Position numbers and translations under genes: made by a program. DNA of 64,000 nucleotides from an uncultured bacterium (lineage in GTDB: Bacteria > Hydrothermota > E44-bin80). Location: positions 895-64,894 of the forward strand of contig CAYMQB010000010.1 in assembly GCA_964392665.1 (NCBI GenBank). Reading direction: 5' to 3'. A model generated the notes under the pieces. The model was not told the origin of the DNA. It was given only the letters and a program-made list of their open reading frames with translations, and ran no database searches. The first letter of the stretch is position 1; each line of letters starts with the position of its first letter. Below, one piece after another: positions 10,291 through 18,434 of the stretch.

Positions 10291-10603
10291 ACTTATCCAA
10301 TTTTAGAATACCGATTTTGCAAATTTCTTCAAGATTTGAGTCTTTTACGGTATCCTTTAGTAGCGCATTAATCTTTTCTCCAGTACCCTCATCATCCGTA
10401 AATGAAAGAATAACCTTGGTATAAGCTCTTTTCCCTTCTATCTGGCTTCTCAATCCTGCAAATATGGGAACTTCGTAAGCGAGATAACGACTCATTGATT
10501 GCGCTTCAATCACTGAAGTTTCTTCTGCGCCTAATTCCGTCAATATTGAGATAATCTCGTCGAGATACTCGGCTTTGTATAAAAAAAGTACGAGCAGATA
10601 CAT
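10274..10603 (-). CDS. P-II-like (GlnB-fold / DUF190-like) small regulatory protein
   Basis: 109 aa; the N-terminal half 'LLVLFLYKAEYLDEIISILTELGAEETSVIEAQSMSR' matches the GlnB beta-alpha-beta pattern (KIEAIIKPFKLDDVREAL...GITGMTVTEV.G.GR); last gene of a minus-strand unit beginning with a CPA antiporter. Confidence 0.4.
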   Translation of the reverse strand: MYLLVLFLYKAEYLDEIISILTELGAEETSVIEAQSMSRYLAYEVPIFAGLRSQIEGKRAYTKVILSFTDDEGTGEKINALLKDTVKDSNLEEICKIGILKLDKFIGQA

Positions 10604-10806
10604 TTTACATCTCCTTTTCCCACGGCTGTGGTCTCTATCTCTTCTCTTGTTTGTGTAAGAACCTCAACCATCTCTTTTATGATTGAGTTATTATCCTCAC
10701 CGGTAAGTTGCGGTATTATATTCTCCTTTTTCACATAATCTCCTGATAGCACTTTAGCTCCCCCTATTTCGTTTTTTGCCTGATTCTCCGGCTTTTGTGA
10801 TTGCAA
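10540..10806 (-). CDS. Hypothetical small ORF between the antiporter and the P-II-like gene
   Basis: 88-aa ORF overlapping both neighbours by 53 and 64 nt; no recognisable motif; may be shorter (internal Met at 10671) or non-coding. Confidence 0.2.
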   Translation of the reverse strand: MQSQKPENQAKNEIGGAKVLSGDYVKKENIIPQLTGEDNNSIIKEMVEVLTQTREEIETTAVGKGDVKCICSYFFYTKPSISTRLSQY

Positions 10807-11974
10807 ATTTTGTCGAAAATGGTCCTACAAGTTCGGTTACAATAGTTGTCCCGAGAGCAATGGCAACGATCTCTGCAGAGTACTGCGGAAAGTCCTTTGC
10901 TGCTATAAGGCAGAGTCCTATTGCTATCCCTGCCTGAGAAAAAAGGCCTAAGCCCGTATATTTTCTTACGACTTTGGGAGATTTCGAAATAGTAGCCCCT
11001 AAGTAAGCTCCGAGAATCTTCCCTGAAAACCTGCCAAGTAGATACCCAATAGCTACAAAACCTAGTTTAAATAGTTTTCCTAATTTCAACCTTGCTCCAG
11101 CAAGAACAAAATATATGATAAAAAATGGATAACTGAAACCTTCGATCGAGGAGAATATTTGCCTTTTATGTCTTGAGAAATTGGAAATGAAGAAACCCAT
11201 AGTCATACTTGCAAGCAAGGGAGAAAATCGCATACCCCAGAGTTTGTATTCTAACAGACCTGCGAAAAAAACCATAACTCCAAGTGAGGCTGTTAGTATC
11301 TCTGCTTTGAATCGAAGCATCTTGAAAATTTGATTGAGCAGAAAAGCAGCAAAAATACCAACCGAAATTGACACTATAAGGGAACCAAGGACGCGGAAAA
11401 TCAAAAATACAATAAAAATATGTTCAGACCCTACTATTGCGTGAACTATAGATGAGGATACTGCATAAAGTGTCAAACCCAGAGCATCGTCGAGTCCGAC
11501 ACAAGCGAGTAAAGTTAAACTCAACGGTCCCTTCGCTTTGAGTTCTTCGAGAACCAGTACGGTCACGGCAGGAGCAGTTGCCGAACCGAGTGCTGCAACG
11601 AGCAAAGACATCGGAAAAGAGAGCTTAAAAAGCAGTAAAAAGAAAAGTATGAGGAAAAATGTAAAAAGGGTTTCAAAAACGACTATTATGATTATTTTCT
11701 TCCCGAGCTTTTTGAACATACTTGTCTTCAATTCTCCGCCAATGCTGAAAGCTACTATTATGAGGGCGAACTCGATTAACCACCCTAATTTTTTATTCAT
11801 TGCTTCCGGTATTAGCTGAGAGAAAGAAACGCCGATTGCTATTCCAATAAGGATGTATCCGGTAACTGCAGGAACTTTAACTTTTGCGAGAAGTTTAGCT
11901 GCAAGAAAACCAAAAAATAGAATTGAACCAATCGTTAAAATATCATTCATTTTGCAATAGATTAATACTTTCAA
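10754..11974 (-). CDS. CPA-family cation:proton antiporter (Na+/H+ exchanger family)
   Basis: 406 aa with 11-12 TM helices; 'GYILIGIAIGVSF' and 'SIGGELK' segments are typical of Na_H_Exchanger; likely true start 'MNDILTIGSI' (11950). Confidence 0.7.
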   Translation of the reverse strand: MKVLIYCKMNDILTIGSILFFGFLAAKLLAKVKVPAVTGYILIGIAIGVSFSQLIPEAMNKKLGWLIEFALIIVAFSIGGELKTSMFKKLGKKIIIIVVFETLFTFFLILFFLLLFKLSFPMSLLVAALGSATAPAVTVLVLEELKAKGPLSLTLLACVGLDDALGLTLYAVSSSIVHAIVGSEHIFIVFLIFRVLGSLIVSISVGIFAAFLLNQIFKMLRFKAEILTASLGVMVFFAGLLEYKLWGMRFSPLLASMTMGFFISNFSRHKRQIFSSIEGFSYPFFIIYFVLAGARLKLGKLFKLGFVAIGYLLGRFSGKILGAYLGATISKSPKVVRKYTGLGLFSQAGIAIGLCLIAAKDFPQYSAEIVAIALGTTIVTELVGPFSTKFAITKAGESGKKRNRGS

Positions 11975-12140
11975 ATAGTCGAAGGAATTTATAACTACTT
12001 TCCTTTTTTGTCAAGAAGTAAATGCTCGAAACGCAGGATTAAATTACCGGAAACACATTCTTTTTGCAAGTATTTTCCCTTGACAATGCACAGAATTTGT
12101 GGTAAAGGAGCAGGAGAAAAGAAGTTGTCTGGAGGTAAGA

Positions 12141-13379
12141 TTGAAAAAAATAATGGTAATTATTTTTGCATTGATTCTTTGTAGTTCGGTTCTTTCATAC
12201 TCGCAGGTTTCCGAAATGAGTAAGGAGTATCTGATTATGCAATCGCTGAGGAATGCTTCTCTTGCACCAGTAACATACACTCTTGGTCCCGGGGACGGAA
12301 TTGTATTGAACCTCTGGGGAAACACCAATGCAACATACAAACTTTCGGTATCACAAGATGGTAGCATATTTATCCCAAAATCATCCGGAGTTACCGCTTC
12401 GGCTATTCCTTTGTCAGCATATTCAGGAATTTCATCCTCTGAAAATGTGCCTTCTCTGGGAGAAGTCTATGCAGAAGGACTAACATTAGAGGAATTGAAA
12501 AAGGAGATTGAAAACAGGGTAAGCAAATATTTTCACGGTGTAAATGTTAATGTCTCGCTAACACGTTTGAGGATGTTTTCTGTTTCCATCCTTGGAAGCG
12601 TGAGGGACCCGGGTGTTTATTCAATAACACCCCTGTATAGATTATCAAACCTGCTTGACGTTGCAGGCGGAAATACGCCAACCGGGTCATACAGAAAAAT
12701 AACAATCAAAAGTGCGGATGGTTCATCAAAAACATACGACCTTTATCAGTTTCTATATAAGGCGAATTTAGAGGAGAATCCTTATATCAAAACTGGTGAT
12801 ATTGTGATGGTTCCACAGGCTCTTATGAGTGTTAAGGTAATGGGAAGGGTTTACAAACGAGGGAACTTTGAATTAAGAGAAGGGGAAAGGTTAAAAGATT
12901 TGATTGAATTTGCAAGAGGATTCCAGAGCAGGGGTTCATTGACAAGGCAAATTAAGGTTTATAACATAAAAAGTCCGGATGAAGTGGAAGAAATCGACCC
13001 GTATAAGCTTCTTATCGAGAATGACAGTTTAAGCAACATAGAGCTCAAAACAGGTGATGTTGTGACGGTTCCAACGGAGCCTTTCACAGTAACCGTTGTA
13101 GGTCAGGTAACTTTAGGCGGAAGTTTTGAATATGAGCCAGGAGCAGATTTTAACTACTACCTTGGTCTTGCCGGTGGTTATGGAGAGCGGGCAAACGAAG
13201 GCAATGTTCGTATAACAAGATGGGATGGAACAAGACTGAAATGGAAGACCGGTGTTGAGATAAAACCTGGCGATACAATAGTTATTGGGAGAGCCGAACT
13301 TAAAGGATGGAAAGATTACTTAGAGGTTACACTGAATGCTGCCAACCTACTCTTTATTATCTGGACCGTCTCAAGGTGA
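12141..13379 (+). CDS. wza: Polysaccharide export protein (Wza/KpsD family, Poly_export + SLBB domains)
   Basis: 'LGPGDGIVLNLWGN' Poly_export motif and repeated 'TGD-V-VP' SLBB-like segments. TTG start at 12141 is proposed because GGAGG lies 5 nt upstream and it yields a clean signal peptide 'LKKIMVIIFALILCSSVLS'; the ORF-track ATG is at 12099. Confidence 0.7.
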   Translation: MKKIMVIIFALILCSSVLSYSQVSEMSKEYLIMQSLRNASLAPVTYTLGPGDGIVLNLWGNTNATYKLSVSQDGSIFIPKSSGVTASAIPLSAYSGISSSENVPSLGEVYAEGLTLEELKKEIENRVSKYFHGVNVNVSLTRLRMFSVSILGSVRDPGVYSITPLYRLSNLLDVAGGNTPTGSYRKITIKSADGSSKTYDLYQFLYKANLEENPYIKTGDIVMVPQALMSVKVMGRVYKRGNFELREGERLKDLIEFARGFQSRGSLTRQIKVYNIKSPDEVEEIDPYKLLIENDSLSNIELKTGDVVTVPTEPFTVTVVGQVTLGGSFEYEPGADFNYYLGLAGGYGERANEGNVRITRWDGTRLKWKTGVEIKPGDTIVIGRAELKGWKDYLEVTLNAANLLFIIWTVSR

Positions 13380-13436
13380 AATCGCGTTTTTGGGAAGACA
13401 AAATTAGCTGCTTTTACACACATAAATCATAATAGT

Positions 13437-14450
13437 TCAGTCCTTTGTGTAGTTCCAGTATTCTTTGATATCTCTGCCAATCAATTCCGACAGTCCTCTA
13501 TTTTCCTTAAAAAAAAGTCTTTCTAAGAATCTTCTTGTTTCAATTTTCATTTTTGGGTATGACTTATTACTTGTGAAGTTAAATTTGCAATCGAGTTTGT
13601 CCATTCTTCTCCAGAACCTATTGGGTTTTGTCTTTGATAAATTGGGAAGATGTGAACCAAATTGTTGAGTAACGAGACGTTGAGTTCGGGAAATATAGTT
13701 ATAAAATATTTGGAGTTTTATGTAGCGGGGAATCATTGTTGCATTTTTATGGGTGTCAATTTTACTTATGTCTATGCTCGTCCTTAATCCAAGAAATTTG
13801 CATATTTCATCGATGTTCTGCTGAGTATTTTTTATGAAGTCTTCGAAGATTATAAATTTCATTTGTGAATCCGGAAAATAGTTTTTGTATCTTTCTATCT
13901 GCTGTTTATAAAGACTTCTTTTTAAGAGAGTTCCAGGCATATATCGAAGTGTGTTTTCAAAATCATAAATTGCATGTCCACCACGGACCAGATGCCAATA
14001 GTTAGAATATGTTCGAGAAACTGGGTTTCTTAACATAAATATAAGCTTTACATTGGGTATCAAATTGGCTATACGAGAAGGAGCTTTTGAAGATGCCATA
14101 TAAGTCGTTGAATCTTCACCTATTAATTGCCCTTTTTTCGCTTCCCTAAAGAATGATTTATACCACTTTAGATATTCTTCGAAATTCGTTTTGTAGTCGA
14201 AAAATTGCCATTCCTTAGATGTTTGAACGAAAAAATCGAAATTTTGCTCAATGTCATCTATGTCAAAAAACATTATTTCTCTATTTGGTATAAAAATGTC
14301 TTTGTGTTGGCTTAGAATGTAGTGAAGAGAAGTTGTTCCCGCTTTCATTGCACCAACAATAATAAAGGCAGGCAACCCTTGCCCATCTTTACCAAGCCTT
14401 CTCCCGTACTTTATATTTTTTTCATTCATACAGAATAAGAATTTACACAA
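13437..14450 (-). CDS. Sulfotransferase-domain protein (PAPS-dependent)
   Basis: 337 aa; 5'-PSB P-loop-like 'FIIVGAMKAGTTSLHYIL', then 'RNPVSRTYSNYWH' (3'-PB region); sits inside a polysaccharide locus. Confidence 0.7.
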   Translation of the reverse strand: MCKFLFCMNEKNIKYGRRLGKDGQGLPAFIIVGAMKAGTTSLHYILSQHKDIFIPNREIMFFDIDDIEQNFDFFVQTSKEWQFFDYKTNFEEYLKWYKSFFREAKKGQLIGEDSTTYMASSKAPSRIANLIPNVKLIFMLRNPVSRTYSNYWHLVRGGHAIYDFENTLRYMPGTLLKRSLYKQQIERYKNYFPDSQMKFIIFEDFIKNTQQNIDEICKFLGLRTSIDISKIDTHKNATMIPRYIKLQIFYNYISRTQRLVTQQFGSHLPNLSKTKPNRFWRRMDKLDCKFNFTSNKSYPKMKIETRRFLERLFFKENRGLSELIGRDIKEYWNYTKD

Positions 14451-14522
14451 AAAAATGCTTTTGTCAAGTTCTATCTTGAAATGTAAGCATGAGCTCTATT
14501 ATACGGTTGTCGCAAAAAGGTC

Positions 14523-14551
14523 TTGACTGCATTGAGTTTATGTGTTACTAT
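14523..14551 (+). promoter_or_regulatory. Sigma-70-like promoter for the wzz-wzy-wzx-GT operon
   Basis: TTGACT at 14523-14528, 17-nt spacer, TACTAT at 14546-14551; followed by a ~170-nt leader. Confidence 0.4.
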
Positions 14552-14654
14552 TTATGCGAGTAAAAATAAGGAGAGATGCGTATAGGCTCGTAAATGTTTG
14601 TGTCATAAATGAATTGAGATTTTCGGTTAAATGTGACACATATGTTGAATCGAG

Positions 14655-14696
14655 CCCGGTTGTTTCCGGGGACCCCAAAACGGGTCTCAGTTTTTT
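14655..14696 (+). promoter_or_regulatory. Leader hairpins and intrinsic-terminator-like structure (candidate attenuator) 25 nt upstream of wzz
   Basis: Hairpin 1 is CCCGG-TTGTTT-CCGGG (14655-14670). Hairpin 2 is GACCC-CAAAAC-GGGTC (14671-14686), followed by TCAG and a T6 run (14691-14696). Hairpin 2 plus the T-run resembles a rho-independent terminator lying between the promoter and the wzz start. Confidence 0.3.
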
Positions 14697-14721
14697 ATCA
14701 AAAAGTTGAGTAGGAGAGAAA

Positions 14722-15960
14722 ATGAAAGATAAAGAAAAATTGGATTTCTGGATATTTCTTGAAACATTTTTTAAGTGGTGGAGAGTCATTGTGTTCAATG
14801 TTTTGATAATAACTCTTTTAACAGTGGTCATAAGTCTTGTGCTGCCAAAGAAGTGGGAGGCAACAACTGTCATTTTACCTCCATCGCTATCTTCGACTTC
14901 TTTGAATGTGGAAGATATAGGTTCTACTTATGCATTAAGTTCGATGGCATTATCTGCTCTGCCTGGCATTATTTCGCCTTCCGATATTGTTGCTGGTGTA
15001 TTACAAAGCGAAACAATTAAGAAGAAAATTATTGACCGTTTTAACCTTATGAAAATTTTTAAGGCAAAGAGACTGGAGACGGCATTCAAGAAAGTTGACA
15101 AAATGACGAGTATTTCGGTTACAAAAGAACAAATGGTAAAAATCAAAGTTACAACAAGCAAGCCTCAGCTTTCAGCCGACATCGCAAATGCATATGTAGA
15201 GGAAATAGATAGATTTAACAGGGATGTGTTGATGACAACAGGTAAGCAATTTAGGGTGTTTCTTGAAAAAAGGCTAAAAGAAGCTGAAGAAGAGTTAAAA
15301 ACTGCCGCAGAATCATTGAAGTCATTTCAAGAAAAAAATAAGGTATTTTCACTTGAGGTTGAAACAAAAAAGTCTATTGAGTTGCTTGGCAGTCTTCAAG
15401 GCCAGATAATTGCAAAAAAGGTGCAACTGAATGCTTTGAAAAGTTACTCATATAAAGGTAATCCTGGAATTGTGAAACTGGAGAAAGATATTTCTGCTCT
15501 GGAGAAACAGTTGAAGGAACTTGAGTACGGAAAAGAGGTAAAAGACAAGAAAAAGAGAAAGGACTTTGGTGTTGGTTTTTCTTTTCCATTGAATGAAGTT
15601 CCAGAGATTGGATTAAAACTAACAAAACTTGAGATGAATATTGAGGTGAAAAAAACAGTATATGCACTCTTGGCAGAACAGTATGAAAAAGCGAGAATTC
15701 TTGAATCAAAAGATACTCCAACAATCACGGTTCTTGACAAAGCACGGGCACCCGAGCTGCGAAATTTCCCTAAAAGAAAAAAAATGGTGGTTATCGCTTT
15801 TATACTGAGTGTATTCTATGGATTTGGACTTGCGGTTGTGTGTGAGGTTTTGGAAAGAATTAAAAGTAGCCATGACAAGTATTATAGATTTTTCTCCATC
15901 GTTGACAAATTTCTCACGGAAATAAGACCAATTTTAAGGAAGTTTAGGATAAAAAAATGA
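14722..15960 (+). CDS. wzz: Polysaccharide chain-length determinant / co-polymerase (Wzz/GumC-like, no kinase domain)
   Basis: 412 aa; N-terminal TM 'WRVIVFNVLIITLLTVVISLVL', long coiled-coil periplasmic region, C-terminal TM 'MVVIAFILSVFYGFGLAVV'. Confidence 0.65.
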   Translation: MKDKEKLDFWIFLETFFKWWRVIVFNVLIITLLTVVISLVLPKKWEATTVILPPSLSSTSLNVEDIGSTYALSSMALSALPGIISPSDIVAGVLQSETIKKKIIDRFNLMKIFKAKRLETAFKKVDKMTSISVTKEQMVKIKVTTSKPQLSADIANAYVEEIDRFNRDVLMTTGKQFRVFLEKRLKEAEEELKTAAESLKSFQEKNKVFSLEVETKKSIELLGSLQGQIIAKKVQLNALKSYSYKGNPGIVKLEKDISALEKQLKELEYGKEVKDKKKRKDFGVGFSFPLNEVPEIGLKLTKLEMNIEVKKTVYALLAEQYEKARILESKDTPTITVLDKARAPELRNFPKRKKMVVIAFILSVFYGFGLAVVCEVLERIKSSHDKYYRFFSIVDKFLTEIRPILRKFRIKK

Positions 15961-17423
15961 AACTGGCTGGATTTTGGAATTTCATTTTTCCCTTTGTCCC
16001 CGATAATAGAAAACAAGTATATTCATTTCTTATCTTCTTTATTATCTGTCTTCAGATATGTGCAATTTCACTGCTTTTTCTCGATATCTCTTTTTCTAAA
16101 TTTCTTTTTGTTGCTGGTTTTCTACCGATTCTTATTCTGCTACTTTCGTCTGCGGAGAATTTCTTTATTTTTATTGTGATATACAGTTTCTGCTTTCACC
16201 TTGATTCTTATGCTCATATCTTCAAAGGAGTTATTTCCGTGAGACTATCGTGGAAAAATCTTTATGCTTTATACGCTATTTTTCTTGTATACTGGATTTT
16301 TTCAATAATTTTACGGAAAACAAAAGTGAGAATTGGAGCTTTAGGTTGGTCAATCATTATTTATGTGAGCATTGCTGTTCTTAGTTTTACTTACGGATTA
16401 TTTAACGGATACTATTCAAGCATGGTGGCTCTACAGAGGAGCGAAATATTCCCTCAACTGATGTACCTTGGTTTTTTTGTCTTTATTACTACCAAATTGA
16501 GGCAGATAAACAGAAAAATAATATTTGATTTTTTCCTTTTCGCTTCAACATTTATCGGTCTGCAACTTATTTATGCGTTTTCTAAGAATAGTATAGCTGC
16601 TTTCACGCGGATTAACACAATTACTGTACAGATATCTTTGCTTGCTTTTCCTTATGTCCTTGGTATCTTCTACTTCACAAAAGGAATTAAGAGGAAAATT
16701 ATCTTTCTAATTGCTTTACTCCCTATATCGTTAGGTGTTCTTATTTCACTCCAGAGGAGTCTTTGGTTAGCGGTTATTGTAGTCTTTGTTGGTTCTCTTT
16801 TTATATACTTTTATAAGAAAGGATTTTCTTTTACCAAAATTGTCGGGCTATTAATTGCAGGAATAATAGGTTCTCTCGTTATGCTTACACTTGCGGTCTG
16901 GGGTTTATCAAGGATTACTTCAGGTGCGGCAGTATTGGTTTTATTAAGACGATTTATAAGCCTTTCGAACATTCAATATCTTCAAGTTGATACTTCTGGT
17001 TTTGTTAGGATGACAGAGATAAGGCAAGCGTTATCGAAAATTCATGGAATTCAATGGTTTTTCGGACGAGGAATAGGGGATACTTTCTATTCTTTTCTTA
17101 GAACAAAGACAAAGACTTATTTCGATAATAGTTATGCGTGGGTGTTGTGGAAGATGGGTATCATCGGATTAATATCATTTCTAAGTATGTTTGTTATATT
17201 CTTTCGGAGAGCACTTTTTGTCCTGAGAAAATGTACTGACAAAAACGATTTAATACATACAATGACAATTTCGTTGAATATGCTTGGAATTATGATTTGT
17301 TCCCTTGGCAATGCTTCTTTGATACAGTTCAGATACATAATTGTCTGGTCAGTTTCAATGGCAATGATGGAAATTATTTACAGAAAATATAAATATGAAA
17401 CTTCTGCTAACCTGCTCAAATGA
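15957..17423 (+). CDS. wzy: O-antigen polymerase / ligase-like polytopic membrane protein (Wzy-type)
   Basis: 488 aa with about 11-12 TM helices and a large loop; lies between wzz and wzx; start overlaps the wzz stop by 4 nt. Confidence 0.5.
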   Translation: MKLAGFWNFIFPFVPDNRKQVYSFLIFFIICLQICAISLLFLDISFSKFLFVAGFLPILILLLSSAENFFIFIVIYSFCFHLDSYAHIFKGVISVRLSWKNLYALYAIFLVYWIFSIILRKTKVRIGALGWSIIIYVSIAVLSFTYGLFNGYYSSMVALQRSEIFPQLMYLGFFVFITTKLRQINRKIIFDFFLFASTFIGLQLIYAFSKNSIAAFTRINTITVQISLLAFPYVLGIFYFTKGIKRKIIFLIALLPISLGVLISLQRSLWLAVIVVFVGSLFIYFYKKGFSFTKIVGLLIAGIIGSLVMLTLAVWGLSRITSGAAVLVLLRRFISLSNIQYLQVDTSGFVRMTEIRQALSKIHGIQWFFGRGIGDTFYSFLRTKTKTYFDNSYAWVLWKMGIIGLISFLSMFVIFFRRALFVLRKCTDKNDLIHTMTISLNMLGIMICSLGNASLIQFRYIIVWSVSMAMMEIIYRKYKYETSANLLK

Positions 17424-18432
17424 ACATCCTGGGGTAAAGACTCATCTTCTTCAACTGAAAAAAGTCTGGGGAAACAATTCTGTTTTTTATCCAGTAGAAG
17501 AACTCGTAACTTTTTATCCCGATTATCGAAAAACGAAAATAAAGGTGCCAAAAGTAAAGAGTCTTCTAAAAACAATATCAAGACTTCGTTTCTCCCGCAA
17601 ATGTTTGGATTTTGGAGATAATATCATTTTAGGAAGCTGGAAAGTTTATTATTCTGAAATCATTAAAAAATTAAATAAACTGGGTATACGACCAAGTATT
17701 TTGTGGTGTAGTACTCTTGGGCAAAGTGAAATGACCTGGAAGGCTGAACTCGAGCCGCTTAACAAGATATTTGAGCTGTTAAAAAAGGGAGCCATACGTT
17801 ACTTGCTTGTTCCAGAAAAAACATACGAGTCATTGCGATTCATCAATAATGTTGAATATCTTCCGCATCCTCTTGATTTATCTACACCTTTGAAATTCAA
17901 GGAAATCAATCTCTGGGGGAAAAATATTGACCTTTTCATGGAAGCCAGACCAGGGAAAAATGTTCTTCAGCAGTTGGCAGCACAAAAATACACGAAATCA
18001 GCTTTTCGTTTACATACTAACATAAGAAATGACACAGTTCTCAGTATTGCGCGGAAACTCAATCTTTCGTTTATTCAATATCCTTGGTTAGCGGAAAAGG
18101 AATACTATGGATTAATAAAAGCAATGGATTTAAGTTTGCAGGTAACCTGGACAGAAAGTTTTAACTATGCAGTTTGTGAGAGAATGATTCTTGGAATCCC
18201 AACGCTTGTTTCCTCTGAAATATTTCTTGTTAGCAAAGACGCTTTTCTTAAAAAATATCTTGTTGTTAAAACTCCTGATTCTCCCAGTGTAATCGCAAAA
18301 AAGATAGACTTTCTTTTTCACAATCAAAGCTTAAGAGCGGAAATTAAGCATCGGGGGAAAGAAAGAGTCAAAACTATTGGGAGAAGATATAACAGGATGG
18401 TCAGAGATCAGATAAAAATCCTTTTTAGTTAA
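17395..18432 (+). CDS. Divergent glycosyltransferase-like protein (degenerate GT4/GT1 C-terminal domain)
   Basis: 345 aa; C-terminal 'ESFNYAVCERMILGIPTLVS' aligns with the Glycos_transf_1 'EGFGLV-LEAMA-G-PVIAT' motif; N-terminal half unrecognisable. Confidence 0.3.
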   Translation: MKLLLTCSNEHPGVKTHLLQLKKVWGNNSVFYPVEELVTFYPDYRKTKIKVPKVKSLLKTISRLRFSRKCLDFGDNIILGSWKVYYSEIIKKLNKLGIRPSILWCSTLGQSEMTWKAELEPLNKIFELLKKGAIRYLLVPEKTYESLRFINNVEYLPHPLDLSTPLKFKEINLWGKNIDLFMEARPGKNVLQQLAAQKYTKSAFRLHTNIRNDTVLSIARKLNLSFIQYPWLAEKEYYGLIKAMDLSLQVTWTESFNYAVCERMILGIPTLVSSEIFLVSKDAFLKKYLVVKTPDSPSVIAKKIDFLFHNQSLRAEIKHRGKERVKTIGRRYNRMVRDQIKILFS

Positions 18433-18434
18433 TT

